From contig JBMNJT010000008.1 of NCBI GenBank assembly GCA_050951805.1, positions 192,001 through 256,000 on the forward strand: a DNA stretch of 64,000 bases. Reading direction: 5' to 3'. Under the pieces are notes generated by a model. It was not told where the DNA came from and made no database searches. It was given only the letters and a program-made list of their open reading frames with translations. The stretch comes from Bacillota bacterium (GTDB taxonomy: Bacteria; Bacillota; DTU025). Shown piece after piece: positions 47,220 to 59,100 of the stretch (the first letter of the stretch is position 1; every line of letters begins with the position of its first letter). The position numbers were made by a program, and so were the translations under genes.

Positions 47220-49203
47220 GATGAGCAGAGTGACCGTGCTAGGGCATGAGTCGCGGATCGGAGATGTCGTAGACGTCCTGCAACAACTGGGCACTGCAGA
47301 GGTGAGCCAGTTTGGTGAGGACCTTGCTGACGAAGAACTCTTGGATCTTGCATGCCCCTACGACGCTTCTGAAAGAATCGCCGAGCTCGATAGCATTCTG
47401 GCGGAGCTCTCATACACCATCGACATGATGGGTAAGCATCGACACATAAAACGGGACATTGTTCAGAACTTTTCAGGTTTCCGTCTGTACATGACTGAGG
47501 ACGAATGGAATGCTTATGCTGAAGGCGGGGCGGAAGCGGCTCGCGATATTTACAGCCGGGCCAAAGCTATTGAAGACACCCTCGCTCAACTGGCAACTAA
47601 TGAAGCTTCCATCCTGACATCGATTGAGATACTTATGCCGTGGCAGGGTCTGGATGCGCCGATCGAGGAGATCCGCACCGGACGCCATGTAGAGCTCGTG
47701 CTGGGGACTGCCGATGCGCGGAAACTCGAGGCATCCCTCGCTGAAGCCTCCGAGATTGTGGAAGGACTCGCCTGGGAGCTAGTGGGCGTCGACGGTGAGC
47801 GAGCTTACTTACTGACGGCATATCCCCTTTCCGAGGCTGAAGAGGCGGCTCGCGCGTTGTCGCAGGCGGGTTTTGCCGAGGTAAGGCTGGATCAGTATTC
47901 TGGTGTCCCGAGGGATATCATTGCACGCCTGCGAAAGGAATTAGACAGCATTTATCGAAGACGCGATCAGATCGAACAGGAGATCGATGCCCTCGTGGAG
48001 GACCGTCCCCGCGTATTCGTGCTTCACGACCATTTTTACCTTGAACGTGAGAAATACGCCATTACAAACAGGTTTGGCGGCACTGAACATACATTCATGG
48101 TCGAAGGTTGGGTTCAGACTAAGGACCTCGAGGAGTTGCGAGCCAAGATTGAAGGGATCGCCGATGATATCGTGGTATTGGACAGGCCGCGGTTTGAGGA
48201 TGAAGAGGCTCCGGTAGAGCTTTCCAATAAGCCGCTTGTGGCTCCTTTTGAAGTGATAACCAAGACCATGGGATACCCCAAGCAGGGCACTATCGACCCC
48301 AGCCCATACTTGGGCCCATTCTTTCTTGTTTTCTTCGGACTGTGCATGACAGATGCCGTCTATGGCATCTTTATTGCCTTGGTCGCCTTCCAACTCATGA
48401 AGAAGACCCATACCCGACCTGGTGAAGGCGGGTTTCTTGACCTCATTGCCATGTGCGGATTTGCCACCATATTCGTAGGCGCGCTGCTCGGCGGTTGGCT
48501 GGGTGATCTGCCGAAGCGTCTTTTTGGTTGGGATACCGCAATCCTCTTTGATCCGATGGAGAGCCCAACCACATTTCTCATTCTCTCTTTCGTGATGGGC
48601 ATCATCCATCTGTATTGGGGGATTATCATCAAGGGTATTGACAATGTGAAGAAGGGCGAATGGCTATCCGCCATATATGACCAGGGATTCTGGCTTGTTT
48701 GGCTGACGAGCCTGATGCTGACCCTTGGCGCTACAGCCCTCGGCCCGAACGGCCCTGCGATAGCGGCTGTGTCAAAATGGTTTCTGATTGCCTCAGCCAT
48801 AGGGCTCATTGCCACTCAGGGCCGCCAGCACAAGAATCCCATTAAGAGAATAGGTGCAGGGCTGATATCGCTCTACAACACGACTGGGTTCATGAGCAAT
48901 GTCATATCATACGCCAGGCTATTTGGCTTGGGCTTTACAAGCACTGTCTTGGCCTCTGTCATGAACGATCTCTTTCTGAGGCCCGCGGGTATTCCCGTAG
49001 TTGGTCCGGTCATTGCGGTAGTGGGGTTGGCATTCGGCCACCTCTTCAATATTCTCATCAATATCATTGGCTCTTACGTCCACTCCAGCCGCCTCCAGTA
49101 CGTGGAGTTCTTCGGCGAGTTCTTTGAGGCTGGAGGGCGAAGATTCATGCCATTTGGCATGTCGACAAAGTACGTAACGGTGGAAAACTCTAAGGAGGCA
49201 TAG
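47206..49203 (+). CDS. ntpI: V/A-type ATPase subunit I
   Basis: IDPSPYL..FFLVFFG...DAVYG, SYARLFGL, HSSRLQYVEFF. Confidence 0.95.
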   Translation: MAISEMSRVTVLGHESRIGDVVDVLQQLGTAEVSQFGEDLADEELLDLACPYDASERIAELDSILAELSYTIDMMGKHRHIKRDIVQNFSGFRLYMTEDEWNAYAEGGAEAARDIYSRAKAIEDTLAQLATNEASILTSIEILMPWQGLDAPIEEIRTGRHVELVLGTADARKLEASLAEASEIVEGLAWELVGVDGERAYLLTAYPLSEAEEAARALSQAGFAEVRLDQYSGVPRDIIARLRKELDSIYRRRDQIEQEIDALVEDRPRVFVLHDHFYLEREKYAITNRFGGTEHTFMVEGWVQTKDLEELRAKIEGIADDIVVLDRPRFEDEEAPVELSNKPLVAPFEVITKTMGYPKQGTIDPSPYLGPFFLVFFGLCMTDAVYGIFIALVAFQLMKKTHTRPGEGGFLDLIAMCGFATIFVGALLGGWLGDLPKRLFGWDTAILFDPMESPTTFLILSFVMGIIHLYWGIIIKGIDNVKKGEWLSAIYDQGFWLVWLTSLMLTLGATALGPNGPAIAAVSKWFLIASAIGLIATQGRQHKNPIKRIGAGLISLYNTTGFMSNVISYARLFGLGFTSTVLASVMNDLFLRPAGIPVVGPVIAVVGLAFGHLFNILINIIGSYVHSSRLQYVEFFGEFFEAGGRRFMPFGMSTKYVTVENSKEA

Positions 49204-49208
49204 CACAC

Positions 49209-49688
49209 ATGGATTTCACACTAGGCACACTTCTCGGGTTCATGGCGATTGGACTCGCCGTAATTCCTGGCGGTTACGCATCTTCCAAGGCCGTCGGAAT
49301 GGTGGGACGAGCCGGCGCAGGAGTCATTACCGAAGATCCTGACAAGTTCGGTTCGATCCTGATCCTCCAAGCCCTTCCCGGCACTCAGGGAGTCTACGGT
49401 TTCCTTACGGGCCTGTCGATCATGGTCAAGATAGGAGTATTGGGTGGATCAATCCAGGCGCTCACTGTTAATCAGGGGATCATGTTCATCCTTGCTGCTG
49501 TCCCCGTAGCGGCTCTGGGTTGGCTTTCCGCTATATTCCAAGGGCAGGTCGCCGCGTCCGGCGTTAGCATTGTTGCAAAAAGACCGGAGGAAATGGGAAA
49601 AGCGGTAATCCTAGCTGCCATGGTGGAGACGTACGCAGTTTTAGCGCTCCTCGCGAGCCTATTGATGGTACTGTCGATCAACGTCTGA
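49209..49688 (+). CDS. ntpK: V/A-type ATPase subunit K (4-TM proteolipid, Na+-type motif)
   Basis: LQALPGTQGVYG, SAIFQG, MVETYA. Confidence 0.93.
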   Translation: MDFTLGTLLGFMAIGLAVIPGGYASSKAVGMVGRAGAGVITEDPDKFGSILILQALPGTQGVYGFLTGLSIMVKIGVLGGSIQALTVNQGIMFILAAVPVAALGWLSAIFQGQVAASGVSIVAKRPEEMGKAVILAAMVETYAVLALLASLLMVLSINV

Positions 49689-49707
49689 TCAGCCGGGAGT
49701 GTATATT

Positions 49708-50313
49708 ATGGAAAACCTCGAAAGACTGAAGGGCCGAATTCTGGATGAGGCACGCGAAAAAGCAGATAGGATTCTGGACGCCGCTGATGAAAGGTGCGCT
49801 GAGATTCAACGGGAAGCCGAAGCAAAATCGGATGAAATAAGGAAGCGTGCTGTCGAAAGAGCCCGCGCAAATGCGCGCGAGGAGGAGAGACGCGCCGAGA
49901 TCATGCGTTCTCTCGATGTGCGCAATGCTATGCTTCGTGCCAAAGGCGATGCCGTTGACAAGCTCATGGCGGAGATTCCTGCTACGATACGTGCGTTGCC
50001 GGATGAAGAGTATTTGGGGATCATGAAGAGGATGTTGATCAATGCGGCCCCGGCAGGCCAGGTAGAACTGGTTGTTGCGCTTCCTGACCGTGGGCGGATC
50101 GGCTCTGACTTCGTGAAAGAAGCAGCTTCCGAGTTGGTGGCGGCAGGAAAGCAGACCAAACTTAAACTTTCGACGGAAACAGCGGATCTCACAGGCGGGT
50201 TCATTCTTCGAGCATCCACCGTTGAGGTGGATTGTTCCTTAGATTCGTTGTTGGCGTCGTGCGAAGACGAGCTTGCGCCCCTTGTTGCAGAGGCTCTATT
50301 CGGGAGGTCGTAG
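49708..50313 (+). CDS. ntpE: V/A-type ATPase subunit E
   Basis: Coiled-coil N-terminus, GGFIL...DCSLD, LF C-terminus; operon position. Confidence 0.9.
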   Translation: MENLERLKGRILDEAREKADRILDAADERCAEIQREAEAKSDEIRKRAVERARANAREEERRAEIMRSLDVRNAMLRAKGDAVDKLMAEIPATIRALPDEEYLGIMKRMLINAAPAGQVELVVALPDRGRIGSDFVKEAASELVAAGKQTKLKLSTETADLTGGFILRASTVEVDCSLDSLLASCEDELAPLVAEALFGRS

Positions 50314-50315
50314 CT

Positions 50316-51422
50316 TTGGGTTTCGATGACAGGTTTGCATACGTATCGGGAAGGATCTGGGCTCTTGAGGACCGGATGGTGGACAGAGCCAAGTTCAACC
50401 GCCTGATAGACGCAGGCAGCCCTGAGGAGCTTGTTCGAATTCTCAGCGAAACTGAGTATGGACAGGGCCGTGAGATCGTTCCTGAACGTTATGAGGAGAT
50501 CATCGATGCGGAGCTTGTGCGCGTGCACCAGCTTATTGCCGAGCTTTCGCCTGATCCAGAGTTGACTGGGGTATTCAGAGCTAAACACGATTTTCACAAC
50601 ATGAAAGTCCATCTCAAGTCTCGGCTGGTCAAACGGGATTGGGACATGATCGTCCGGGAGGGGCTTGGGTTGTCGCAAGTCGGATGGATCGACCCTGATC
50701 GGCTCGGAGAATATGCTGATGCCATAATGCTCGAGTATTATCCTGTTGATGAGGAAGATGATCCGGGCGAGCGCGACGATTTCGTGGCTTTCGACGGGTC
50801 AGATGAGATCTTAGCGACGACGCCGCTTGAGGATGCGATAATTGATGCTGGCCACAAGGCGGTAGAAGCATACATGCGGCATGGCAGAGATCCTCAGTAC
50901 ATTGATTTCGTCATTGACCGCGCATCTTACGACTACTTCCACCATGTAGCAGTCTCTAGACGGGCTGTGCGCTTGGAGGAGATCGTGGCGACCATGGCGG
51001 ATCTCACTAACATTCAGATCTGTATGAGGCTGCGTGCCATAGGCAAGGACGCCTGTTTCGCCAGTGACGTTTTAGTCCCCCACGGGACCTTGGACGCCGG
51101 GGCGTTGCTCGGAGTATATGAAAAGCCTGATAGCGAGTTTGTGGCCTATTTCAGGGATACGCCCTATGCCCGGCTGGTCGAGGATGCCATGAACGCTTGG
51201 CTTGCCAATGGGTCTCTTGTCGCGCTGGAGAACCTGGCCGAAGGCTATCTTTTTAGGAAGATAGCGCCTGAGCGAGAAGCTGTAGTGGGTTACGAGACTG
51301 CCCTTGCCTACCTTGGCGCAAGAGAGCTCGAGGCTGATAAGCTGCGCCGGATTTTTGTTGGCAAGATGAACAAGATCCCGCCGAATGTGATCCGTGAGAG
51401 GCTGAGTGGTGCGTATGCATAA
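50316..51422 (+). CDS. ntpC: V/A-type ATPase subunit C
   Basis: YVSGRIWALE, LSETEY, DFHNMK, DLTNI, IRERL. Confidence 0.9.
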   Translation: MGFDDRFAYVSGRIWALEDRMVDRAKFNRLIDAGSPEELVRILSETEYGQGREIVPERYEEIIDAELVRVHQLIAELSPDPELTGVFRAKHDFHNMKVHLKSRLVKRDWDMIVREGLGLSQVGWIDPDRLGEYADAIMLEYYPVDEEDDPGERDDFVAFDGSDEILATTPLEDAIIDAGHKAVEAYMRHGRDPQYIDFVIDRASYDYFHHVAVSRRAVRLEEIVATMADLTNIQICMRLRAIGKDACFASDVLVPHGTLDAGALLGVYEKPDSEFVAYFRDTPYARLVEDAMNAWLANGSLVALENLAEGYLFRKIAPEREAVVGYETALAYLGARELEADKLRRIFVGKMNKIPPNVIRERLSGAYA

Positions 51423-51744
51423 GATTGCGGTTATCGGGGACGAAGACTCCATCTTGGGCTTCAGGGCTCTTGGTGTATCGGTCTTCCCCGCGAAGAATGG
51501 CAAGGAAGCAGAGGAGGCGCTCCGCGCGGCGGCGCGCCGTGATTATGCTGTTATATATATTACTGAAACCCACGCGAGCGAGATCATCGACGTAATTACA
51601 GAGTACAGCCAGGCGCCGCTGCCTGTAGTGCTCACCATACCTGATACCCGAGGGGGACAGGGAGCGGCCATGGAAAAGATAAGACGGACGGTGGAGAAAG
51701 CGCTCGGCGCCGACATCTTGTTCGGGAGAGAGGGGAATGCCTGA
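51415..51744 (+). CDS. V/A-type ATPase subunit F
   Basis: [27 protein letters not shown]. Confidence 0.92.
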   Translation: MHKIAVIGDEDSILGFRALGVSVFPAKNGKEAEEALRAAARRDYAVIYITETHASEIIDVITEYSQAPLPVVLTIPDTRGGQGAAMEKIRRTVEKALGADILFGREGNA

Positions 51745-53530
51745 TATGAACCGTGGAACGAGCGTAGGAACTATTGTAAAAGTATCGGGGCCTCTGGTTG
51801 TCGCTTCAGGGATGGCGGGGGCCAAGATGTACGATGTCGTGCGCGTCTCCGAGCAGCGACTGATAGGCGAGATCATTGAGATGAGAGGGGACCGCGCTTC
51901 GATACAGGTGTATGAAGAGACTGCTGGGCTTGGGCCCGGGGAACCAGTCTATACTACCGGAGAACCTCTCTCAGTGGAACTGGGCCCGGGACTGATAGGG
52001 TCCATATACGACGGCATTCAGAGACCGCTCGACCGTATCAGGGATATGGCGGGAGATCGCATATCCCGCGGACTGGAAGCTCCGGGACTCGATCGGGAGA
52101 GAAAATGGGACTTTGTTCCGAGAGCAGGCGTTGGCTCAAAGGTGGTTCCCGGGGACATTCTCGGCACAGTGCAGGAGACGCCTGTTGTGGAGCACAGGGT
52201 TATGGTTCCTCCCGGAATTTCGGGCAAGGTAATATGGATTCACAAGGGCGTTGCCAAAGTTACTGACGTAATCGCCAAGATCGAAACGTCCGATGGAGTT
52301 CGCGAGATCCAAATGATGCAGAGATGGCCTGTGAGACATGGCCGCCCGATCGCACACAAACTGACACCGAGCGAACCTCTTGTGAGTGGACAGAGGGTTC
52401 TTGACACCTTCTTCCCTGTCGCCAAGGGCGGCACGGCGTGTATTCCCGGGCCGTTCGGATCGGGGAAAACAGTTGTCCAGCACCAGCTCGCCAAGTGGGC
52501 TGATGCGGAGATAGTGGTTTATGTTGGGTGTGGTGAGCGCGGTAACGAGATGACAGACGTTTTGATGGAATTTCCGGAGCTGCTCGATCCACAGAGTGGC
52601 GAGCCCCTCATGAAGAGGACGGTCCTGATTGCAAATACGTCAGACATGCCGGTGGCTGCTCGCGAATCGTCAGTGTACACCGGGATAACTATTGCCGAGT
52701 ACTTCCGTGACATGGGGTACTCAGTCGCCCTAATGGCCGACTCTACATCAAGATGGGCTGAGGCGCTCCGCGAGATGTCTGGGCGTCTTGAAGAAATGCC
52801 AGGTGAAGAGGGATATCCGGCATACCTAGGCTCCAGGGTATCGGAGTTCTACGAAAGAGCGGGCAGAACAACGTGCCTTGGCTCAGATGGTAGAGAGGGT
52901 GCCCTCACAGTGGTTGGCGCAGTATCACCTCCAGGAGGAGACCTGTCGGAACCGGTAACCCAGACGACTTTGAGGGTTGTGAAGGTTTTCTGGGCCCTCG
53001 ATGCGAACCTGGCCTATAGCCGCCACTTTCCGGCGATCAACTGGCTCACAAGCTACTCGCTCTATCTGGACAGGATTGACGAGAGCCTTAGGAAGATGGT
53101 GGGCAGCGAGTTTGTCGAGATGCGCCAGGAGGCCATGAAGATACTTCAGGAAGAGGCGAGTCTTTCGGAGATCGTGAGGCTGGTGGGCATGGACGCGTTG
53201 TCGCCCGGAGAACGCATAACCATGGAGACCGCGCGAAGCATCCGCGAGGACTTCCTGCACCAGAACGCTTTCCACGATGTGGACACCTACACGTCCCTGA
53301 AGAAACAGGCGGCGATGCTAAGGGTGATACTGGAGATGGATCACGCGTGCCGTGATGCGGTCGAAAAGGGCGCTTCGTTTGGCCAATTGGCGGAGCTGGC
53401 AGTGCATGGAAAGATCGCGAGAATGAAGTACATTGGGGAAGCTAAGATCTCGGAAATTGACGAGTTGGCTCTCGAAGTCAGACGAGACGTAGCTGCTTTG
53501 ACCGCCGGCGGAGGTGAGGACGTTGCTTAA
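51737..53530 (+). CDS. ntpA: V/A-type ATPase subunit A
   Basis: [38 protein letters not shown]. Confidence 0.97.
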   Translation: MPDMNRGTSVGTIVKVSGPLVVASGMAGAKMYDVVRVSEQRLIGEIIEMRGDRASIQVYEETAGLGPGEPVYTTGEPLSVELGPGLIGSIYDGIQRPLDRIRDMAGDRISRGLEAPGLDRERKWDFVPRAGVGSKVVPGDILGTVQETPVVEHRVMVPPGISGKVIWIHKGVAKVTDVIAKIETSDGVREIQMMQRWPVRHGRPIAHKLTPSEPLVSGQRVLDTFFPVAKGGTACIPGPFGSGKTVVQHQLAKWADAEIVVYVGCGERGNEMTDVLMEFPELLDPQSGEPLMKRTVLIANTSDMPVAARESSVYTGITIAEYFRDMGYSVALMADSTSRWAEALREMSGRLEEMPGEEGYPAYLGSRVSEFYERAGRTTCLGSDGREGALTVVGAVSPPGGDLSEPVTQTTLRVVKVFWALDANLAYSRHFPAINWLTSYSLYLDRIDESLRKMVGSEFVEMRQEAMKILQEEASLSEIVRLVGMDALSPGERITMETARSIREDFLHQNAFHDVDTYTSLKKQAAMLRVILEMDHACRDAVEKGASFGQLAELAVHGKIARMKYIGEAKISEIDELALEVRRDVAALTAGGGEDVA

Positions 53531-54926
53531 GGAATACCTTACTGTCAGAGAAGTCGCCGGGCCTCTCATGCTCGTTGAAAAGGTTGATGAAGCTAAATAC
53601 GGCGAGCTGGTTGAGATAGTAGTTGGGGGCGGCGAGATCAGGCGCGGACGTGTGCTCGAGGTTGAAGGAACCAACGCTCTTGTGCAGCTTTTTGAGGGTT
53701 CAGCCGGTCTGGAGCTTACGTCGGCCCGGGTCCGATTTCTGGGGCGAGGTCTCGAACTAGGCGTGTCCCCTGAGATGCTGGGACGCGTCTTCGATGGATT
53801 GGGACGGCCAATGGATGATGGGCCCAAGATCATACCAGAGGCCAGGCTCGACACGAACGGCAGCCCTATAAACCCCTATGCCAGGGATTATCCATCTGAG
53901 TTCATCCAGACAGGAATATCTGCCATCGACGGCTTGAACACGCTCGTGCGCGGGCAGAAGCTGCCCATATTCTCCGGCGCGGGCTTGCCCCACTCGCAGT
54001 TGGCTGCACAGATTGCAAGGCAAGCTAGAGTGTTAGGGACAGGGGAACAGTTTGCCGTCGTTTTCGGGGCCATGGGCATCACCTTTGAAGAGGCCGATTT
54101 CTTCATCTCTGACTTCAGGCGTACGGGTGCCATTGAGCGTGCCGTTCTTTTCATAAACCTAGCAGACGATCCTGCAATTGAACGGATTTCGACGCCCAAG
54201 ATGGCGCTGACAGCTGCTGAATATCTCGCGTACGAGCTTGACATGCACGTGTTGGTCATCCTGACTGACATGACCAACTACTGTGAGGCATTGCGGGAAG
54301 TGTCGGCAGCCCGCAAGGAGGTCCCCGGGAGGCGTGGGTATCCTGGGTATCTTTACACAGACCTAGCCACCCTTTATGAGCGTGCAGGCAGGATAAAAGG
54401 GAAGAAGGGATCGATTACGCAGATCCCGATTTTAACCATGCCTGAAGATGACAAGACTCACCCCATTCCGGACCTGACAGGCTACATCACCGAAGGTCAG
54501 ATAATAGTCAGCAGGGAGCTCCATAGGAAGGGGATCTATCCGCCGATTGACGTATTGCCTTCACTATCGAGGTTGAAGGACAAAGGAATCGGAGAGGGCA
54601 AGACAAGAGAGGATCACGCCGACACCATGAACCAGCTTTATGCGGCGTATGCCAGGGGCAAGGAGGCCAAGGAGCTAGCAGTCATCCTGGGCGAAGCAGC
54701 TTTGTCTCCCTCTGACAAGATTTTCTCGAAGTTTGCTGATCGCTTCGAGCAGGAGTATGTGAGGCAGGGTGTCGATGAAAACCGGAGCATTGAGGAGACG
54801 CTCGATATAGGCTGGGATCTGCTGGCGATGTTGCCAGTGGATGAGCTGAGCCGCATCAGGATGGAGTTCATCGAGAAGTACCTGCCGAAAGAAGCCGAAA
54901 AAGACGCAGAGCCCGCGAGGGAGTGA
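53523..54926 (+). CDS. ntpB: V/A-type ATPase subunit B
   Basis: [37 protein letters not shown]. Confidence 0.97.
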   Translation: MLKEYLTVREVAGPLMLVEKVDEAKYGELVEIVVGGGEIRRGRVLEVEGTNALVQLFEGSAGLELTSARVRFLGRGLELGVSPEMLGRVFDGLGRPMDDGPKIIPEARLDTNGSPINPYARDYPSEFIQTGISAIDGLNTLVRGQKLPIFSGAGLPHSQLAAQIARQARVLGTGEQFAVVFGAMGITFEEADFFISDFRRTGAIERAVLFINLADDPAIERISTPKMALTAAEYLAYELDMHVLVILTDMTNYCEALREVSAARKEVPGRRGYPGYLYTDLATLYERAGRIKGKKGSITQIPILTMPEDDKTHPIPDLTGYITEGQIIVSRELHRKGIYPPIDVLPSLSRLKDKGIGEGKTREDHADTMNQLYAAYARGKEAKELAVILGEAALSPSDKIFSKFADRFEQEYVRQGVDENRSIEETLDIGWDLLAMLPVDELSRIRMEFIEKYLPKEAEKDAEPARE

Positions 54927-54934
54927 TCGGGGCT

Positions 54935-55576
54935 ATGGAGATCAGAGTCAGCCCAACAAGGATGCAGCTGCTCCAGCTCAAAAAGAGCCATGCCATGGCT
55001 GTTCGCGGGCACAAATTGCTCAAGGATAAGCTGGATGAGCTGATGAAGCAATTCCTCGAACTGGTCAAGCGGGACAGGGAACTGAGAGAGGAAGTAGATG
55101 AGAAGCTTAGCGAGGCTTTCAGGGGCTTTCTTATAGCGCGGGGCGCGATGTCATCCAGCGCAGTGGATGCGGCCTTGATGTATCCAAAGGAGCAGATATC
55201 TCTGAAGGCTTCTCGGAGGCATATCATGAATATCGAGGTTCCCGAGTTCGAGTGGAGTTTCGAGGGACAAGAGGACAGGACGAACATCTATCCCTATGGG
55301 TTCGCCTACACCTCTCCAGAGCTCGATACGGCTATTAGGCTTCTTTCCGAGGCCATGCCGAGCCTGGTGGAGTTGGCTGAAGTGGAGAAGTCAGTAGAGC
55401 TCCTGGCGGGGGAGATTGAGAAGACCCGGAGAAGAGTTAACGCTCTTGAACACGTTGTCATCCCGCAGCAGGAGGCTTCGATCAAATATATAACAATGAA
55501 GCTCGACGAGGCGGAACGGGCCAACATTACCAGGCTGATGAAGGTTAAGGAGATAGTAGGCGAGCGGAGTGTTTGA
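54935..55576 (+). CDS. ntpD: V/A-type ATPase subunit D
   Basis: PTRMQL, RGHKLLKDK, KTRRRVNALE. Confidence 0.95.
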   Translation: MEIRVSPTRMQLLQLKKSHAMAVRGHKLLKDKLDELMKQFLELVKRDRELREEVDEKLSEAFRGFLIARGAMSSSAVDAALMYPKEQISLKASRRHIMNIEVPEFEWSFEGQEDRTNIYPYGFAYTSPELDTAIRLLSEAMPSLVELAEVEKSVELLAGEIEKTRRRVNALEHVVIPQQEASIKYITMKLDEAERANITRLMKVKEIVGERSV

Positions 55577-56313
55577 TCGACTGCTCGCTGGTTAGCCTTG
55601 CCCTGCAAGCGACCGACAAAAAGTATCTCAGCCTGACTGAGCAGCTAAACGTTTAAACCACAGGCAATGCAAACTCGGGAATCGTTCAGAGACGTAATTG
55701 GTGCTCTGGTAGAGGTTAGCCAATGACGGTATGTAGACGCCGGGGCGCATGTGCGTTCTGGCGTTTTCGTTTTGTTGGTGAGTTGTGGCATGAGGGGCAG
55801 ATATCGGCTAGCCGCAGAGGTTGCCTTCCTGAAGGACCTTAGCTCCATGTGGAGGGAGGCCATGGGTTGAGCGCACCTACTTTGCCTGTTCTCGGCGTAA
55901 TAGAAATACAGAGAACGACGGCAAAACATGCTTACAACGAGGACGGGAATGAACCAGCGCCCAGGTTTGGAAAGCCTGTAACCGATCACGTAGCAGACAT
56001 TGTAGATATCTGGCTCCTTGAGGATGAGTTGCTGTCGAGAAAGGAACGGCGAAATACTAGATGACGATTGTTCTTGCATCTCGAGTTTGACGTCGCGCGA
56101 AACGTAAGTACCCTCTTATCAGGGGGCTTGACTGTCAATACGGCGAGACCTTTGGACTACACGCTTGAGTTGGCGCTTGTTGCCGGAGGATCTGAGTCGA
56201 TGTAGTTCTGGCTCTGCAGTATCGGGTTGATCTGGGCTGGGCTAACAACGCCAAGACATTGAGAATAGCCATCTGTTTCTTCGTTGGCTTGGTCAGAGTC
56301 CTCACAGGCTGTG

Positions 56314-57000
56314 CTAGTTCGATTCATCCATGGTGGATTTCGCCAGCTTCTTCACCTCCGACTTGATGGCTCTGAAGGCTTCCTCCAGCATGTTTTTCTT
56401 CCGCTACGCTTTTATGGCCTGTTCCGCCGAAAGCTTCGATTCCGGCACATTTGTGCACAAACATAGAGCCCATGACAAGCTTTTAGGGCGTGGAACCAGT
56501 CGTACCCTAAAGGCTTTTATCTGCGAGGGCTTGTCGCCCTCTGCTATATTGCTTGTAATGAGCATCTCATCAAAGGCAGGGTCGAATATCTGCGCGAGCT
56601 TGAGGCGGGAAAGCGTTTCTATTACCTTTGTCCTGCTTCTGCGTCACACAGAGCTCAGGGTTGAACACGTCGCTCGCGCTCAGCGGCTATGGTATTGTAG
56701 AACGATCTGCATTGAGCATGCAGGGCATATCCGTGGTGCAGGCCCATTCAAACAGTCCTGCTTTCCTTTTCGGATCAACCGCTCGAGTGAAAACGAGAAG
56801 CTCTGCATATCGGATTCTGCCTGCAACTGGTGGAGAGCAACGGAGAGTGCAGCACCATGAGGTGCGGGAATTCATAGCCGTTTTTAGCGGAGATCGTGGA
56901 GGGGTCAACCAAAATGTAGCTGGGATTTTTCGTGCTTTGAAGGGAATTTCGAATATCTTGGGTCTTCTCATCGGTCACCGTGCCTAGGTAGTGCACCGGC
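56314..57000 (-). pseudogene. Degenerate DDE transposase remnant (IS4/IS1634-like)
   Basis: Minus-strand CTNVPESKLSAEQAIKA*RKKNMLEEAFRAIKS with TAG (56404-56406) in place of the conserved Tyr; upstream YILVDPST; frameshifted. Confidence 0.55.
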
Positions 57001-57395
57001 TTGTGAGCACGCTTCTCGTTTCGGCTACAGGAGAACCGTATGCCGGGGTTATAGTAGGCACGCGCTGACCGATATGGCAGCTATCAGGTGAGCTAATCTC
57101 CTGTAAATCGGGTTTTTGAGAGATCTCAGCTCCAAACGTACATACTTTGTGAGGCTTCCTCGTGCGCTTCCTAGCTCGCATTAATGAACGTTCAATTCTT
57201 CTGGTCTGCAAACCATGTTTGAATGGGCGCAAATATAGTCTACAATATAGTTTGGTGTCTATTCAGGAGCAGCCTGAAACTTGAGCTCGTTGAAATTTGG
57301 GGCAGAGCCGCGTCAGATGGCCAGCATGAGCTAGGAAGGATTCTGGCGGCGCTTCGAGGAATACTGGTCGGAGAAGGCAGGGAGAGGACGTACAA

Positions 57396-59096
57396 ATGGA
57401 CAACATAATGGAACACATACGAGGAAGCATCATGCGATCTCTTGAAGGGGCCATCCGTAAACTGGTCGATTCCAATCGCCTTTGCGCGGATGTACTGGAC
57501 CACCTGTCCAGCATTGCGCTGGAGGTTCCCAAAGATGCCAGACACGGGGAGTTCGCTACTCCGATGGCTCTGTCCCTTGCGGGCGTTGCCAGGAAAGCGC
57601 CACGGGAAATTGCATCGCTGATCGTAGAAGAGATGGAGCAAGAAGGGTTCAGCTCATATGTTGAGAGGGCGGAGATTGCGGGGCCGGGCTTTATCAATTT
57701 CCACCTTTCATCCAAGTGGCTTGTGGATACAATCGGCCTGGTGAGGTCGAGGGATGAGAAGTATGGTTGCAGCGACTATGGACGAGGCGAACGCATTTTG
57801 GTGGAATTTGTAAGCGCAAACCCGGTGGGGCCGCTTAACATCGTCAACGCGAGGGCTGCCGCGGTAGGTGATACCCTGGTCAGGCTCCTTAACGCAAGTG
57901 GTTACAGCGCGGCAAGCGAGTTCTATGTGAATGACGCGGGCCGTCAGGTGTCGGTGCTTGGGGAGTCGGTATATGCGCGTTACATGGAGCTTAAGGGAGT
58001 GGATTATCCCTTCCCGGAGGATGGGTATCGCGGGGAGTACGTCAAGGATGTTGCTAGGAAGGCTATGGAGGAACATGGTGATCGAATCTCCGCGATGGAT
58101 TCGGATGACGCTCGCCATTTTCTACAAGAGTTCGCGCTCAACTACATCCTGGATTGGCAGAGGAGGTCGCTCGAGGCCTACGAGGTCCGTTTCGACAGAT
58201 GGTTTTCGGAGCGCAAGCTAAGGCAGACTGGCGCTGTTGAGGATATGGTTCGCGAGATGGCGGAAGCGGGATACACCTATGAGAAAGATGGCGCAGTCTG
58301 GTTCAGATCATCTGATTATGGCGACGACAAGGATCGGGTACTGGTCAAAAGCGACGGCCTATATACCTATGTCGCGCCGGATCTCGCATATCACAGAGAC
58401 AAGCTGGCGCGGGGCTTTACGAAGCTCATAGACATACTCGGTCCTGACCACCACGGGTACGAAGGTAGAATGCAGGCGGGGTTGAAGGCCTTTGGATATC
58501 CAGATGGCACCTTGGAAGTACTCATTCTTCAACTAGTTACGTTAATGCGAGATGGGCAACCTGTAAAGATGTCCAAGCGCGCGGGCGAGTTTATCACCAT
58601 GGATGACCTGCTGGAAGAGGTGCCGAAGGACGCCGCCCGTTATTTCTTCATAATGAGAAACACCTCTTCGCATCTCGATTTCGACCTCGACCTTGCGAAG
58701 GCCCAAACTACGGACAATCCGGTGTGGTACATTCAGTACGCTCATGCGCGCTGCTGCAGCATCTTCAGACAGGCAGAGGCCGAGGGAATCCAGCCTACGG
58801 AGTGGGAGCAGGCAGATGTGTCGTGTCTTGTTCACCCAAGCGAGATCGACCTCGTCCGCAAGATGGCGAGCTTTCCAGATGAAGTACTCACTGCCGCGCT
58901 TGAACGGGCGCCCAGCCGGATTGCAAAGTACGCCTTGGAGCTGGCAGGATTGTTCCACAGCTTCTACACTGACTGCAGAGTGATCAGTGATGATGAAGCC
59001 CAGACCCGGGCAAGGCTTGCGCTGGTTGATGCTGCAAGAATCGTGCTCCGAAACGTGCTGGGGATCATGGGAGTATCTGCTCCGGAGAGGATGTAG
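57396..59096 (+). CDS. argS: Arginine--tRNA ligase
   Basis: AGPGFINF, EFVSANP, YVNDAG, KMSKRAG, NPVWYIQYAHAR, APERM. Confidence 0.97.
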   Translation: MDNIMEHIRGSIMRSLEGAIRKLVDSNRLCADVLDHLSSIALEVPKDARHGEFATPMALSLAGVARKAPREIASLIVEEMEQEGFSSYVERAEIAGPGFINFHLSSKWLVDTIGLVRSRDEKYGCSDYGRGERILVEFVSANPVGPLNIVNARAAAVGDTLVRLLNASGYSAASEFYVNDAGRQVSVLGESVYARYMELKGVDYPFPEDGYRGEYVKDVARKAMEEHGDRISAMDSDDARHFLQEFALNYILDWQRRSLEAYEVRFDRWFSERKLRQTGAVEDMVREMAEAGYTYEKDGAVWFRSSDYGDDKDRVLVKSDGLYTYVAPDLAYHRDKLARGFTKLIDILGPDHHGYEGRMQAGLKAFGYPDGTLEVLILQLVTLMRDGQPVKMSKRAGEFITMDDLLEEVPKDAARYFFIMRNTSSHLDFDLDLAKAQTTDNPVWYIQYAHARCCSIFRQAEAEGIQPTEWEQADVSCLVHPSEIDLVRKMASFPDEVLTAALERAPSRIAKYALELAGLFHSFYTDCRVISDDEAQTRARLALVDAARIVLRNVLGIMGVSAPERM

Positions 59097-59100
59097 CGTG

